Assembly (NCBI GenBank): GCA_951406725.2
Contig: OX597824.1
Span: forward strand, 69,998,001 to 70,062,000
DNA: 64,000 bases
Reading direction: 5' to 3'
Source of the DNA: Octopus vulgaris
Taxonomy: Eukaryota
Shown: piece by piece, positions 44,204-58,936 of the stretch
Position numbering within the stretch: the stretch's first letter is position 1
Layout of the letters: each line of letters begins with the position of its first letter
Translations under genes and position numbers: made by a program
The notes under the pieces: model-generated
What the model was told of the DNA's origin: nothing
Database searches by the model: none
Seen by the model: the letters and a program-made list of their open reading frames with translations, nothing else

Positions 44204-44989
44204 GTGTGTGTGTGTGTGTATTTGTGTGTTTGTGTCTGTACTTGTCCCCCTCACTATCGCTTGACAACCGATGTTGGTGTGTTTACGTCCCCGTAACTTA
44301 GCGGTTCATCAAAAGACACCGATACAATAAGTACCAGGCTTACAAAGAATGAGTCCCTATGTCGATTTCTTCGGCAAAAAAAACCCCTTTGGTGAGGTGC
44401 TCCAGGATGGCTGAAGTCAAATGGCTGAAACAAAAGAATAGAAAAAAGAATAGACACACACACACACACTCACACACACTCGCTCGCATGCACACATTTT
44501 GTACAGTGGCACAGAATAGGGAGGTCGGCGTTTGCTGCGTCAAAAACTGCACCTCGTGTATCCAGACGTTCATTTTTAGAATTTTTCAGAGGAGACTTTA
44601 TGTCCATACATCCATCTATCTATCGATCGATCGATCGATCTATTTATAGATGGATCGATTTATTTATCAATCTAACTATCTCTCTCTCTTTCTTTCTTGC
44701 TCACTCTCTCAGAGCGAGTGAGTGGGAGAGAGATGCAGTGTGCGACGACATTTTTGACACATAACAAATAAATGTATAAGTGAAGTTATCAGTCTATGTA
44801 CCTTTTGATGGTTAATATGTAATTCGCAATGCCATCGCTGTAGTTTTAACACACGGTCTTAAATCGAATCATATGTATATATTTACGTGTATGTGTGTGT
44901 GTGTGTGTGTATTGGTTTCGAACCACCAAGCCTGTTTCCTACCGTTTTCAATTTTGTTTCACTCGCATCCTTTTGTTTTTTTCTATATT

Positions 44990-45023
44990 TTTCTTATGAC
45001 GGACTGGTGTCCGAAACGTCGAG
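44990..45023 (+). ncRNA. Degenerate minimal hammerhead-like motif
   Basis: ttt CTTATGA c ggac tggt gtcc GAAA cg TC gag; G5 is mutated. Downstream sequence resembles the Penelope terminal repeat (ACTAATACAA). Confidence 0.45.
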
Positions 45024-45316
45024 CTGTTTTCCTTTCCTTTTAAACGTTAAACTAATACAACATTTGTTAATACTTGTCCCTACTCTGTTGTCTTCTTTCA
45101 TTATGTTTTTGTTGCTTTCATAAACCGTAAAGACATATACAAATTTATATATCAGGATATAGTATGTATGTATGTATGTATGTATGTATGTATGTATGTA
45201 TGTATGTATGTATGTATGTGTGTGTGTTTAAATATAGGTGTGTGTGTGTATGTGTTTGTATGTGTGCATGAATACACACACATATATATATATACTTATA
45301 TTTATATGTATATATA

Positions 45317-45367
<51 letters not shown>

Positions 45368-45416
45368 GTATACATGTATGTATATATATATATATTCACA
45401 TATATATCTTCCTAAA

Positions 45417-45455
<39 letters not shown>

Positions 45456-45669
45456 CCATTTTTTCATTAACAAAAGAAAAACAAAAAGAAGCTCACAGCA
45501 CAATCCAAATTAATTATGCAAATCTATAACACATAACGCAAAGACGGTTTAGCTGCTATTTTTAACAGGTCGAGTGACCACGTAAAGGCTATTTTGTTGG
45601 CGCACCTTTGCAGATGCTTTTGTTGTTTTCGGCTTTGCCCCTCTGTGCCAACGGGCCGCTTATAATAAT

Positions 45670-46082
45670 CGGCGAGCTGGCAGAATCGTTTGCACGCCAG
45701 GCAAAATGCTTAGCGGTATTTTGTCTGTGGCTACGTTCTGACTTCAAATTCCGCCGAGGTCGACTTTGCCTTTCATCCTTTCGGAGTCGATAAATTAAGT
45801 ATCAGTTACGCACTGAGGTCGATGTAATCGACTTAATCCGTTAGTCTGTCCTTGCTTGTCCCCTCTGTGTTTACCCCTTGTGGGTAGTAAAGAAATTGGT
45901 ATTTCGTCTGCCGTTACGTTCTGAGTTCAAATTCCGCCGAGTTTGACTTTGCCTTTCATTCTTTCGGGGTCGATTAAATAAGAACCAGTTACGCACTGGG
46001 GTCGTTGTAATGGACTAAATCCCTTTGTCTGTCCTTGTTTCTCCCCTCTATGTTTAGCCCACTGTGGGCAATAAAGAAAGAT
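45670..46082 (+). mobile_element. SINE family C: head plus two tandem units
   Basis: Second unit joins at AAAGAAATT|GGTATTTCGTC (~45898); 11-bp flanking repeat TATAATAATCG at 45661-45671 and 46082-46092. Confidence 0.85.
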
Positions 46083-46451
46083 ATAATAATCGTGGATATA
46101 TGTTATCTAAATTTGTTGATATCACCATGTGCGGGCCCTGAACACTCTCAGAATATTATTTTTACTCTGGTTAAAGTTATCAGCCGTTTAGTGTTTGCAA
46201 AACGTATACGTCTCAAACTGGTAGCAATATACGTCTTCTACCATATTATATTGAGTTTTATTTTTTTCTTAAAATAAATTAGTCGCTATTGAAGCTGTCG
46301 ATGATGTGGTGGCGGTGATCAATGACTGGACAGGGTTTGTTAAGGAATGTTATTACCCTGAATAATTTATAATAAAAGTCGCATTTCCAACATCATTTCG
46401 GACACCATGTGTGTTCAATATGATGTTACGCCATATTGAACACACACACAC

Positions 46452-46516
<65 letters not shown>

Positions 46517-47160
46517 ATACATATATACACACATACACACACACATATAAAATAAATATTTAAAACATTTTTGAATGTAAATTTCAAAAAGAACAAAAAT
46601 TGGTGAAATAATGTTTAAAAAATATATCTATTTCTGTTCCTAGTTATGAATTTAAAATGGGGAGGAAATTGAATGCTGGGTAAAAAAGAAGTGGTCCCGC
46701 AAAAAAAAGTACACCAAAGGCACAAAACAAAAAAAACGACCCCGCCGCACCTAAAAACAGTAGCCTTATTATAACTGTTACTATTATTTTTATTATTGTT
46801 GTTGTTGGTAGGGGTGTTGGTGATGTGGTTTTTTTGCATGTTGGTAGTATGAAATCCGAGCAAGTATTTCCTTTTTTTTTTTGTATTGCTTTGTTTTGTT
46901 TTGTTTTTTTTTTTAATTTTCGTTCGCTTGCTAGTTTGCTTTTGTCAGCCATCGCAAAAAACAATAACCATTTGATCTCAGCTTGTTGAGTATTTTAAGA
47001 TCAAATGAGATTTCAAAATAAAAATTATAAGCATTACATATATATATATATGGAAGAGTATACATGTATATATATATATATGTGTATATATATATGTGTG
47101 TGTACATAAATATCTATACATACATATACAATATTTATAATACATAGAAGTGTACACATA

Positions 47161-47193
<33 letters not shown>

Positions 47194-47231
47194 CATGCAT
47201 TTATAAATATATGTCGGTACATATTTGATGC

Positions 47232-47325
<94 letters not shown>

Positions 47326-47618
47326 GTATGTATGTATGTATGTATTTATACACACATACACATAAAAATCCCTCAGAAAAATGTATTTATAATAGAAAAC
47401 GAAAAGCATGTGTATGTACATACTAATATTATTAATAACAACAGAAACAACAACAACAACAATTACAATGTTGAACAATGACGTAAAATACCACAAACAG
47501 GGGGGGGTGAGACAACTTGTTATAAATAAATCTCGATAATTATTTGTATATATTCTATAAAAAAAAAATCTAAAAAAAAATCTAATTTTTTTTAATGTTT
47601 AAACTGCCATCCCACCCC

Positions 47619-47658
<40 letters not shown>

Positions 47659-47891
47659 GCATATATAAATAAATACATACAAAAGTACAACACACACACA
47701 CACAAACAAGCATACAATCCTTCAGGCTCAGAAAATGAAAAGGAAAAAAACAACAGAAAAACGCAAGCACAGCCATGTTTGATACACCAAAATAAGAATG
47801 TTTTTTTTTTAAATTACAATAATTTAGAACAAGAAATTAAATATTATTTATAAAGATACACAAATATTGCAAAGGATTCATTTATTATTAC

Positions 47892-47928
<37 letters not shown>

Positions 47929-47952
47929 ATTATTATTATTATTATTATTAAT

Positions 47953-48051
<99 letters not shown>

Positions 48052-48387
48052 GTTGTTGTTGTTGTTTTTGTTGATGTTGTTATTGTTATTATCATTGTTG
48101 TTGTCGTAGTTGTGACTCATTTTCTTTCATTTCTGTTTTTTAATGAAAGCATAAAGAAAAATATTGGAATGAAATGAAACCGGAAGTAAATTTAGTGGAA
48201 CATCCGGTCCGGGGTGATTATTTTTAAGATATTGCTTCTGTTGTGGAGTTGTGTGGTGGAGGGAGTTGAGAACGACGGGGTGGCAAGGAAAAACAAAAGA
48301 GAAAATATAAAGGAAACGTGTGGCGGTGCTGGTGTGTATGTGTGTGTGTGCATATACATACGCACACACACATATTTCTGTACATGT

Positions 48388-48423
<36 letters not shown>

Positions 48424-48427
48424 TTTA

Positions 48428-49250
48428 AATCTTTTACTTGTTTCAGACTGTGGCTATGCTGGAGCACTGCCTCTTAGTCGAAGAAATCGACCCCAGGACA
48501 TGTTCTTTGTAAGTTTGGTACTTATTCTATCATCGGTTTTGCCGAACCGCTAGCTTACAGGGAAATAAACATGCCAACATCAGTTGTCAAGCGACAGTGG
48601 GGGGAAAACACAGACGCAAAAATACACGCATATATATATAAAAATATATATATATATATATATACGACGGGCTTCTTTCAGTTTCCGTCTAGCAAATCCA
48701 CTCAGAAGGCTTTGGTCGGCCCGAGGCTATAGCAACGGATACTTGCCCAAGGTGCCACGCAGTGGGACTGAACCCGGAACCACGTTGTTGATGAAACAAG
48801 CTTCTTTATTTCATTAAATTTGCCACAAGGGCAGCACACAGAGAGAAGCTTGAGGGCTAGACAGAGACATTAATGGGATGAATGATGATGATATTTGGAT
48901 GTAAGGATGGGAGAAGACGATAAGCGCCCTTCGACTTTCGCTTCTCTAAAACATTGTTCTTTTTTTCTTCTTTTTTTAAAAATACAATGGTGGCTTAGTG
49001 GTTAGGGTATCAGCATCATTATCGTAACATTGTGGTTTCGATTCCTGGACCGGGCGACGCGTTGAGTTCTTGAGCAAAACACTTCATTTCATATTGCTCC
49101 AGTCCACTCAGCTGGCAAAAATGAGTAACGCTGCGATGGACTGGCGTCCCGTCCAGCTGGGGAACACATACACCATAGAAACCGGGCCCATGAGCCTGGC
49201 TAGGCTTTAAAATGAAACAAGCTTCTGACCATACAGCCACACCTTCGCCT
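48428..49250 (-). mobile_element. SINE family B interrupted by a composite insertion (48806-49211)
   Basis: 15-bp duplication ATGAAACAAGCTTCT at 48791-48805 and 49212-49226. Confidence 0.85.
48986..49211 (+). mobile_element. Family-A-related SINE, same subfamily as 22620-22868
   Basis: Near-identical body: GGTTTCGATTCCTGGACCGGGCGAC...ATGAGCCTGGCTAGGCTTTAAAA. Confidence 0.85.
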
Positions 49251-49317
49251 ATATGTATGTACGTATGTATTATAATATATATATATATGCATAATTGTAT
49301 GAACGTGTATGTATATG

Positions 49318-49384
<67 letters not shown>

Positions 49385-49510
49385 CATATACATGTATATG
49401 TATACACACGCACACACTCGTACAGTAACTCGATATTCAATTTGTTAACGAAGAATTGCATTAGCACTCAAAACAAAAATATCTAAATAGGAAAGGACGT
49501 TAAATGAATG

Positions 49511-49562
49511 TTTCTTCTTCTTCTTCTTCTTCTTCTTCTTCTTCTTCTTCTTCTTCTTCTTT

Positions 49563-49606
<44 letters not shown>

Positions 49607-49705
49607 TTACTACTACTACTACTTTTACTACTACTACTACTACTACTACTATTACAACTACTGCTGCTGCTGCTGCTGCTACTAATACTACTACTACTAC
49701 TGCTG

Positions 49706-49763
<58 letters not shown>

Positions 49764-49825
49764 AACTGCTGCTGCTGCTGCTGTTGCTACTACTGCTACT
49801 ACTACTACTACTACTACTACTACAA
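49511..49825. repeat. (TTC)n(TAC)n(TGC)n compound tract
   Basis: Directly visible. Confidence 0.95.
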
Positions 49826-50164
49826 TTCTTTTTGCTTTCTTTTACTTGTCTCTTTCGCCCCCTTCTAATTATTACTATTGTTTTATAAAAGGGTGGTAGG
49901 TTTGGCTTATTAATGGGTAGCGCACCAAACAGAATCCCTTACGCTAATCATTTACAACCCCTTATGTTCTGAGTTCAAATTCCATCGAGGTTGTTCACTT
50001 TGACTTTCATCCTTTCTTCTTGATAAGATTGAAGATCGATAAACTAAAGTATCATTAAGTACTATGATTGATTTTCAAGATCCTTCCAATGCCCATTCTT
50101 ACCTGCCGAACCACCACTAATCCTACCACCGCCATTTCCATAGTGATCATTATAGCATTTATGA

Positions 50165-50872
50165 AGGCGGCGAGCAGGCAGAAACGTTAGTACGCCGGGC
50201 GAAATGCTTAGCGGTATTTCGTCTGTGGGTAGTAAAGAAATAGGTATTTCGTCTGCCGTTACGCTCTCTGAGTTCAAATTCCGCCGAGGTAGACTTTGCC
50301 TTTCATCCTTTCGGGGTCGATTAAATAAGTACCAGTTACACACTGGGGTTTATGTAATCGACTTAATCCGTTTGTCTGTCCTCGCTTGTCCTCTCTGTGT
50401 TTAGCCCCTTGTGGATAGTAAAGAAATAGGTATTTCGTCTGCCGTTACGCTCTCTGAGTTCAAATTCCGCCGAGGTAGACTTTGCCTTTCATCCTTTCGG
50501 GGTCGATTAAATAAGTACCAGTTATACACTGGGGTCTATGTAATCGACTTAATCCGTTTGTCTGTCCTCGCTTGTCCTCTCTGTGTTTAGCCCCTTGTGT
50601 ATAGTAAAGAAATAGGTATTTCGTCTGCCGCTACGTTCTGAGTTCAAATTCCACCGAGGTCGACTTTGCCTTTCATCCTTTCGAGGGTCGATGAATTAAG
50701 TACCAGTTGCGTACTGGAGTCGATCAAATCGACTGAGCCCCTCCCCAAAAAATTTCAGGCCTTGTGCCTAGAGTAGAAAAGATTATTTTAGGCGAGAAAC
50801 TGGCAGAATCGTTAGCACGCCGGACAAAACGCTTAGCGGCATTTCGTCCGTGTTTACGTTCTGAGTTCAGAT
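50165..50872 (+). mobile_element. SINE family C tandem array (units at 50243, 50429, 50615; period 186) followed by another head
   Basis: Repeated junction AAAGAAATA|GGTATTTCGTCTGCC; the last unit ends in the alternative tail. Confidence 0.9.
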
Positions 50873-51149
50873 GCTGGTCCTAGTATGACTTTAGGAGAGT
50901 AGATATGAATCGGACAGGACGTCATTCAATGATTTATTGCTTACAGTTTGGTTTCCAACAGAATGATGGGATACGATAATAGGAAGGTAGAGGGAGAAAG
51001 GTAGATGAAAAAAAAAAGAAAGGAGGAGAGAAAAAAAAAGGAACGAACGAACGAACGAATCACAGTGACGAATAAAAATAGAGAGAAAGAAACTATGGAA
51101 GATTAGAAAAAAGAGGAAGTGTAAGAAAGAACGGAAATTAGAGAAAGTG

Positions 51150-51485
51150 TTGGTCAAGTCCACCAAAGCCGTCTGAGGGATTTTTGCTAGACGAAAACTA
51201 CATGGAAGCCCGGTGTAATATATACGATAAATATAGATAGATAGATATGTGTGTGTGTGTCTGTGTGTGTGTATGAAGTGTGTGTCACTCAGCACTTGAT
51301 AACCAGTGTTGGTTTGTTTACGTCCCTGTAATCTAGCGGTTCGGCAAAAAGGTTCGATAAAAATGAGTGCCAGGTTTTAAAAAATTAAGTATTGGGTGTG
51401 GATGGAGGTTAATTTGTTCGTCTAAACCCTTGGAGGTTGTGCTCTAGCATGGCCGCAGTCCAATGGCTGAAACAAGTAAAAGATT
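51150..51485 (+). mobile_element. SINE family B, old copy
   Basis: TAGCGGTTCGGCAAAA and GCATGGCCGCAGTC...GAAACAAGTAAAAG. Confidence 0.75.
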
Positions 51486-51614
51486 ATAGGCGTCAAAAAA
51501 ATAGAATGAACGACTGAATGAAAGACGAAGAAGAAGAAGAAGAAGAAGAAGAAGAAGAAGAAGAAGAAGAAGAAGAAGAAGAAGAAGAAGAAGAAGAAGA
51601 AGAAGAAGAAGAAG

Positions 51615-51645
<31 letters not shown>

Positions 51646-52031
51646 TTCTATAGAAAATGACGTGTTGTTTGTGCTCAATAATGGATGCCGGGCAGGTAGC
51701 TTCTTTTGTTCTATTCAGCTGTTATTACAGTTTCTGTTCAATAACCATTCCGTTATTCTTCCGGTCGTCTGCAATATCAGATTCTATATTAATTATCTCA
51801 TTTCCTCGCCTTCATATCGTCCTTGGTTTAATTTGTACAGTCAGTCTTGTACAGTGGCAGGTGTGGAAGTCGGGGATGGGGATCGTTGTAGTAGTCATGA
51901 GGGTAGAGGTGGTGGTGGTGGTGGTGGTGGTGGTGGTGGTGGTCATCGTCGTGGTTGTGTTTTTTTTTATGTAGCTAGGGATGTTTACTGGCAGTAATGG
52001 CGGGGTTGCTAATGTCGATTTAGTGGGATTT

Positions 52032-52431
<400 letters not shown>

Positions 52432-52637
52432 TCTTTTCTACTATAGGCGCAAGGGCTGAAATTTCGGGGAGGGTATTACATCGACTCCGGTGATTCACTG
52501 GTACTTAACTTATCGACCCATAAAGGATGAAAGGCAAAGTCGACCACGGCAGAATTTGAACTCAGAACGTAAAGACGGACGAAATGCCGCTAAGCATTGT
52601 ACCCATCATGCTAATGATTCTGCCAGCTCGCCACCTT

Positions 52638-52679
<42 letters not shown>

Positions 52680-52880
52680 CCTTTCTACTATAGGCACAAG
52701 GCCTGAAATTTTTGGGGGAGGGGATTAGTCGATTTAATCGACCCCGATGTTTCACTGGTACTTAATTTTTCGACGCCGAAAAGATGAAAGGCAAAGTCGA
52801 TCTCGGCGGAATTTGTTCTAGGAACGTAACGGCAGACGAAATACGGCTACTCATTTCGCCCGGCGTGCTAACGTTTCAGC
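52432..52880 (-). mobile_element. Two SINE C copies (alternative tail), each ending in (ATT)n
   Basis: 52432-52640 and 52680-52880. Confidence 0.85.
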
Positions 52881-52934
52881 CTGAAATTTAAAAAATGATG
52901 ATGATAATGATGATGATGATGATGATGATGATAG

Positions 52935-53300
52935 TTTCTTTTCTTAGCCACAGGGGCATAGATGAGGGGCACATCATAATAACAGACTATTTGAATGGGG
53001 ATTTACATAAAGGATGGGGGAAAGAAATGCGATGAAGAAGTATACATCGTATACGAAGCATGTGATAATATGAATGATGCAGTGCTCCTGATACAGGAGA
53101 AACTCCAGGTAGGGCCAATCAAGGAAACCTTCAGATCCAGGATTACCCTGATCACCAAAAGGTATGGGTCTTCTCTCCTGCTTTCCAATCTACAAACGCA
53201 TTCTTAAAATGGGGCCATTCACTCTAACCATTTTTACCAAAGTCACCCGTACTTTTCTCATATTCAGCGGGTTCTCTCACCATCCTCACTCCATCCTTTC
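52935..53300 (-). mobile_element. LINE 3' end, Tx1/L1-like
   Basis: Homologous to 59648-59980 (TACAGGAGAA..TCCAG..AGGGCCAAT.AAGGAA...CCAGGATTACCCTGA); ORF remnant VTLVKMVRVNGPILRMRL*. Confidence 0.55.
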
Positions 53301-53591
53301 CAAGTGGAACTTAAAAAAGCTGATGAGAGCTTGACCAAAGAGGAAGGTCTATTTCCTCAATCCTTTGAACTTTATCCATCATACAACTTCTCTCTCTCTC
53401 TGACACACACACACATTTCCCTCTCTCTTTCTCTCTTTCTCTCTTTCTCTTTTCTCTCTTTCCCTTTCCTCTCTTTCTCTTTTCTCTCTCTCTCTCTCCT
53501 TTATCCAGTCTGTTTCTGCATTTCTGCAAATGTTGCACATTCCGATATGCATTGTAGAATTTCAGTGTAAAAATTAGGCTATATTATTGTG

Positions 53592-53624
<33 letters not shown>

Positions 53625-53665
53625 TCTGTCTCTCTCTCCCTCTGTCTCTCTCTCTCTCTCTGTCT

Positions 53666-53735
<70 letters not shown>

Positions 53736-53744
53736 ATTTATCTA

Positions 53745-53809
<65 letters not shown>

Positions 53810-54689
53810 CTCCCTTTCTTTATCTCCCCCTCTCTCCTCCATTCAGCCTGCACTTCTGCACTTCTGCAGACACTGCATACTCAAACATTCAATGATTAAT
53901 CATACAAGCTACAGTGCAATAGCCCAGATTCGGAAATATCTGTCCCCATTGTCCAGTCTCTGTCCAGTCTATTTCTGTACACATTGAGATTTTCTTAATG
54001 GTCACAGAGGTGATATGCATGATGGACTGGTTCAAAGTGCAGCACTCGCTACACCTCTGTACTTATTGTTCCTAATGTGCATCCCAGTACAATACTTGAA
54101 GCCAATACGGCTATTGATGCTGCAGTTGTTTTAGCGAGTAATGCGTTACTTAGGATTGTTCTGCCTGGGTGGGAACTATAATGATTTCTGAAGTAGGTCT
54201 GATGTTTACAGGGTTGGGAGGTCTTGTTTTCTCTGCATGTGCCATAGTGTTTGAAGATGATGTGTTTTTGTAGTAACAGAGTTTATAAGGATTGAAGCTT
54301 GATGTGGTAACAAACTGCCCCCTGACATATCCAACAGCTTTTTTTTTTGTTTGTTTGTTTTCGTTAATAGTATTTATGTTTTGCTATGTAAATGGTTCTT
54401 GGATGTTATCTGCTTACACTCTGTTATATGTAACGCGCACTGCTATATGTTATTCATAGCATATTCGAGTTCTCGGTCTTGTTCTGTATGAGTTTGGGTA
54501 CCCAAGTAGAGCTGGCCATAATTGATATTGTTTCTCTTTGTTGGTCACATGTGGTACGTACAAATCCTTCCTACATAGATAGATAGGTAGGTAGGTAGGT
54601 AGGTAGGTAGGTAGTTAGGTAGGTAGGTAGGTAGGTAAGTGGGTAGGTAGGTAGGTAAGTGGGTAGATAGATAGATAGATAGATATGTT

Positions 54690-54724
<35 letters not shown>

Positions 54725-54730
54725 GGATAG

Positions 54731-54818
<88 letters not shown>

Positions 54819-55227
54819 GCAGATATATACATGTGTGTGTGTGTGTGTGTGTGTTTTGGGTGGGTGTATTTCGTGTGTGTGTTGCATCTTTTTGCTATGT
54901 TTTCCCATTTTGTATAGCGAACGTTGCAGAAGAGTTATATGTAACTCCCGAGTAATTTTGTCTTCCATATGTATTTATACAACGGTATATGATAGCTGAT
55001 GGTAGATGATGTTTCCTGATGTTATTGGCAAAAGTATAAAGTTGGGTTTGGTAGATGCTGCTTTAAACTTTATGTCTCTTGATGTGGAACCAGTTTTGTA
55101 GGCGACATTAGATTGATAAAAGATGCGCAACAGTTTATGAAGAGTAACCACATTTCCATACGAAAGCTGTTTGCATGCTTTGTGAACGTATTGGTGGGAA
55201 GGTGACGTAGGTGTAAACTGAATATAT

Positions 55228-55460
55228 ATTTCTTTACTGCCCTCAAGGGGCTAAACATAGAGGGGACAAACAAGGGCAGACAAAGGGATTAAGTCGATTA
55301 TATTGATCCCCAGTGCGTAACTGGTACTTTATTTATCGACCACGAAAGGATGAAAGGCAAAGTCGACCTCGGCGGAATTTGAACTCAGAACGTAACGGCG
55401 GACGAAATACGGCTACGCATTTCGCCCGGAGTGCTAACGATTCTGCCAGCTCGCCGCCTT
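55228..55460 (-). mobile_element. SINE family C, full length
   Basis: Close reverse-complement match to 5094-5325. Confidence 0.9.
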
Positions 55461-55545
55461 TGCCTCCTTGGGGTACTGCATCTAGAAAATTGCAGGTTCT
55501 GGAAGTGTGTTTTTTGTACACGACGGGGCATTGGTGGCTTCAGAA

Positions 55546-55697
55546 GTAGCTTACTAACCAGATGGTTTGCTAGTCAAGTAGTTTACTAGACAGATGGTTT
55601 GCTAACCAGATAGTTTACTAGCCAAGTAGTTTACCAAATAGGTATTTTGTCAACCGAAGAGTTTTGCTAGCCAAGTAATTTTCTAGCCTGGTAGTTC
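55546..55697. repeat. 16-bp minisatellite, about 9.5 degenerate copies
   Basis: gtagcttactaaccag atggtttgctagtcaa gtagtttactagacag atggtttgctaaccag atagtttactagccaa ... Confidence 0.8.
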
Positions 55698-56291
55698 ACT
55701 TCACCGATAGTTTGTGTTCTTTTTTTAAGGTGATGTGTCGAGTTTTGTTTTGTTTATCCTGCATGCATTGATGGCGGGAAATGGAGTAAAAAGATTTGCT
55801 GATATCAATGCGAGTTGATAATATGCGTGGGAAGTGTATTAGTTATCGCCATTATGCATGTTCCATGTTAGGGTTTGTGAGTAGTGTGATGGTTAGCGTA
55901 ACGGTTGAATCCTTTTGTGATTTAGAGAGAGAGACATGTATGGGTAAATGATATCAACGTTTAACCTTTCTAGAATTGTTATGAGTGTACATAGAAAAAT
56001 AATGGGTTCGTATGATGCTATTTCTCTTAGATATTTTTTTAGGCTTTAAAAAACAGCTTTTCGTTAGATAATCTACCTTTTCTCAACTAATATGTTTATG
56101 AAGTTTATGAAGCTCAAAGGTCAGAGAATGAAGACTGAAGTCCGTCACCCACCTGTGAAAGCAGTAATTAATGTAAGTAGCCGACATCAAAAAAGCTCTG
56201 GAGAAGCAGTACTGAAAAAAAAGGTCTCAACTTTGCGACAACTAAATCAAGCGCATTCCATACTTGAACATAATAGCCCCTATTGAAGAAT

Positions 56292-56576
56292 TATCGACCT
56301 CGGTGCAATTTGAACTCAAAACGTAGCGACGGGCGAAATACCTATTTCTTTACTACCCACAAGGGGCTAAACACAGAGAAGGTAAACAAGGACAGACAAA
56401 CGGATTAAGTCGATTATATCGACCCCAGTGTGTACCTGGTACTTATTTAATCGACCCCGAAAGGATGAAAGGCAAAGTCGACCTACGCGGAATTTGAACT
56501 CAGAACGTAACGGCAGACGAAATACGGCTAGGCATTTCGCCCGACGTGCTAACGTTTCTGCCAGCTCGCCGCCTTC
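56292..56576 (-). mobile_element. SINE family C plus the start of a second tandem unit
   Basis: Junction CGAAATACC|TATTTCTTT at ~56342. Confidence 0.85.
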
Positions 56577-56951
56577 ACCATCTTACTAATAATACCACCA
56601 ACAAAACTTCCACCAACACAAACACCACTAGTACTACTGCCAACACCAAAGACAGCACCACTACAACCAATACATGGCTACCACTACCACTACCATCACC
56701 ACCACCGCCTCAACCAACACAGCCATCCACTACTATAACAAAGCAGGCCTCCTTTCTTGACTGTTTAAAACTATCAAATTCCTGATTTTTCAATTTCTCT
56801 ATTTACACATGGCTATCTTTGTTTGATTAGAGAACGATGTTGTGTAAATGGTGAAGTAGGGAGGATAGATTTCTCTTAGAGGATGGTATCTGCTTCTCTC
56901 TCTCTCTCATTCTCTCTCATTCTCTTTCTCCCTTTCTTTTTCTTCCTCTGG

Positions 56952-56995
<44 letters not shown>

Positions 56996-57045
56996 TGTTG
57001 CTCTCTATAAATACAACCATATGTGTGTGTATATATATATATCGT

Positions 57046-57079
<34 letters not shown>

Positions 57080-57413
57080 TACATGTGTGTGTGAGTGTGC
57101 GTGTATAGATTTACATACATGCATATACGTATGTGCATATTTATACACACGCATACACACACACACACATATAATCAATATTATTATGAATATTTACATA
57201 TAAAGACATTTGTATTAGAGGCTATAATTCTACAAGTAACGCTTCTTTATGTGTATTTATATATATATACATATATACATATATATATATACATATACAT
57301 TCAATGTATGTACGTATAGGTGCGTATATATAAATATATATATATATAAATATATATATATATGCATATATATATATATGTGTATATATATTTACATACA
57401 TGTACATACATAC

Positions 57414-57453
<40 letters not shown>

Positions 57454-58211
57454 ATGCATATATATATATACATATATATGTGTGTGTGTGCGTATGTAAA
57501 TTTTTAAGAATGTTAAAGAAAACATGCACTCACATACACCCATTATAATGCAAAGAAATTAAACAAGCGAAAAATTGTACACACATACATACAGCAAACA
57601 CACAAGCAAATATATACATACATACATACATACATATATATATATATGAACACTAAAGTGCCTCTCCCTTTAACAAACACTCACAACTAAGAAATACATA
57701 CACACACATTCACATATCCATACACAAACACACACACGCATACATACATACATACATACATACATACATACATACATACATACATACATACATACATACA
57801 TACATACATACATACATACATACATACATACATACATACATACATACATACATACATACATACATACATACATACATACATTTGCACATCGCCATTGCAA
57901 ACATTAGCGATGCGCTATGCACGCAAAGCGTAATGACATTCTCGACAAAATTGCTAGCAAATATCTGAATGTAACTCGAATTAAATATTTAATGTCGGAA
58001 GATGTGACTTGGTTCATTCTAGAACAATACTCGTTTGTTGATCAAAAAGAATCTTTTAAAACTTAACATTGCTATTTCAATTATTGTTGCATTTCGTTCA
58101 CATTCGAGTTGTTTGTATGCTTGTTTGTTCGTGTGGTTTGGTGGGTGGATGATGTGGGTAGCGGTCTATTGTGTTTGTTTAATTTTACTTTAGTTTCGAA
58201 AAGTAATAGTA

Positions 58212-58275
<64 letters not shown>

Positions 58276-58397
58276 CCTTTTTTTAAATACTAAAAACTAC
58301 ACGTAAAGGAAGGGTACAAAAACCTGAAAGGTAACGTAGAAAGTAGTTCTAGAATTAAACAATAGTACTACCAATTTTTATACTACTACTACTACTA

Positions 58398-58519
<122 letters not shown>

Positions 58520-58582
58520 AATAATAATAATAATAATAATAACAACAACAACAACAATAATAATAATAATAATAATAATAAT

Positions 58583-58652
<70 letters not shown>

Positions 58653-58671
58653 GTAGTAGTAATAATAATAA

Positions 58672-58870
58672 TCCTTTACTACTAAAAGCACAGGGCTTGA
58701 AATTTGGTGGAGTGGGGTCTAGCTGATTACAGCGACACCAGTATTTCACTGGTACTGAAAAGATGAAATGCAAAGCCAGCCTTGGTGGTATTTGAATTAA
58801 GAACGTAAAGACGGAAAAAATATCACGAAGCATTTTGTCCGGCGAGTTAAGGAGTCTGCCAGCTCACCTA
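58672..58870 (-). mobile_element. SINE family C, old, inside (AAT)n
   Basis: GATGAAATGCAAAG and CTGCCAGCTCACC motifs. Confidence 0.7.
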
Positions 58871-58873
58871 ATC

Positions 58874-58932
<59 letters not shown>

Positions 58933-58936
<4 letters not shown>

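Noticed and set aside
46969-47008. Hairpin catttgatct/agatcaaatg
   Set aside because: Only a 10-bp stem, expected by chance in AT-rich DNA.
50165-50785. CRISPR-like array
   Set aside because: Eukaryotic context; these are 186-bp SINE units with no unique spacers and no cas genes.
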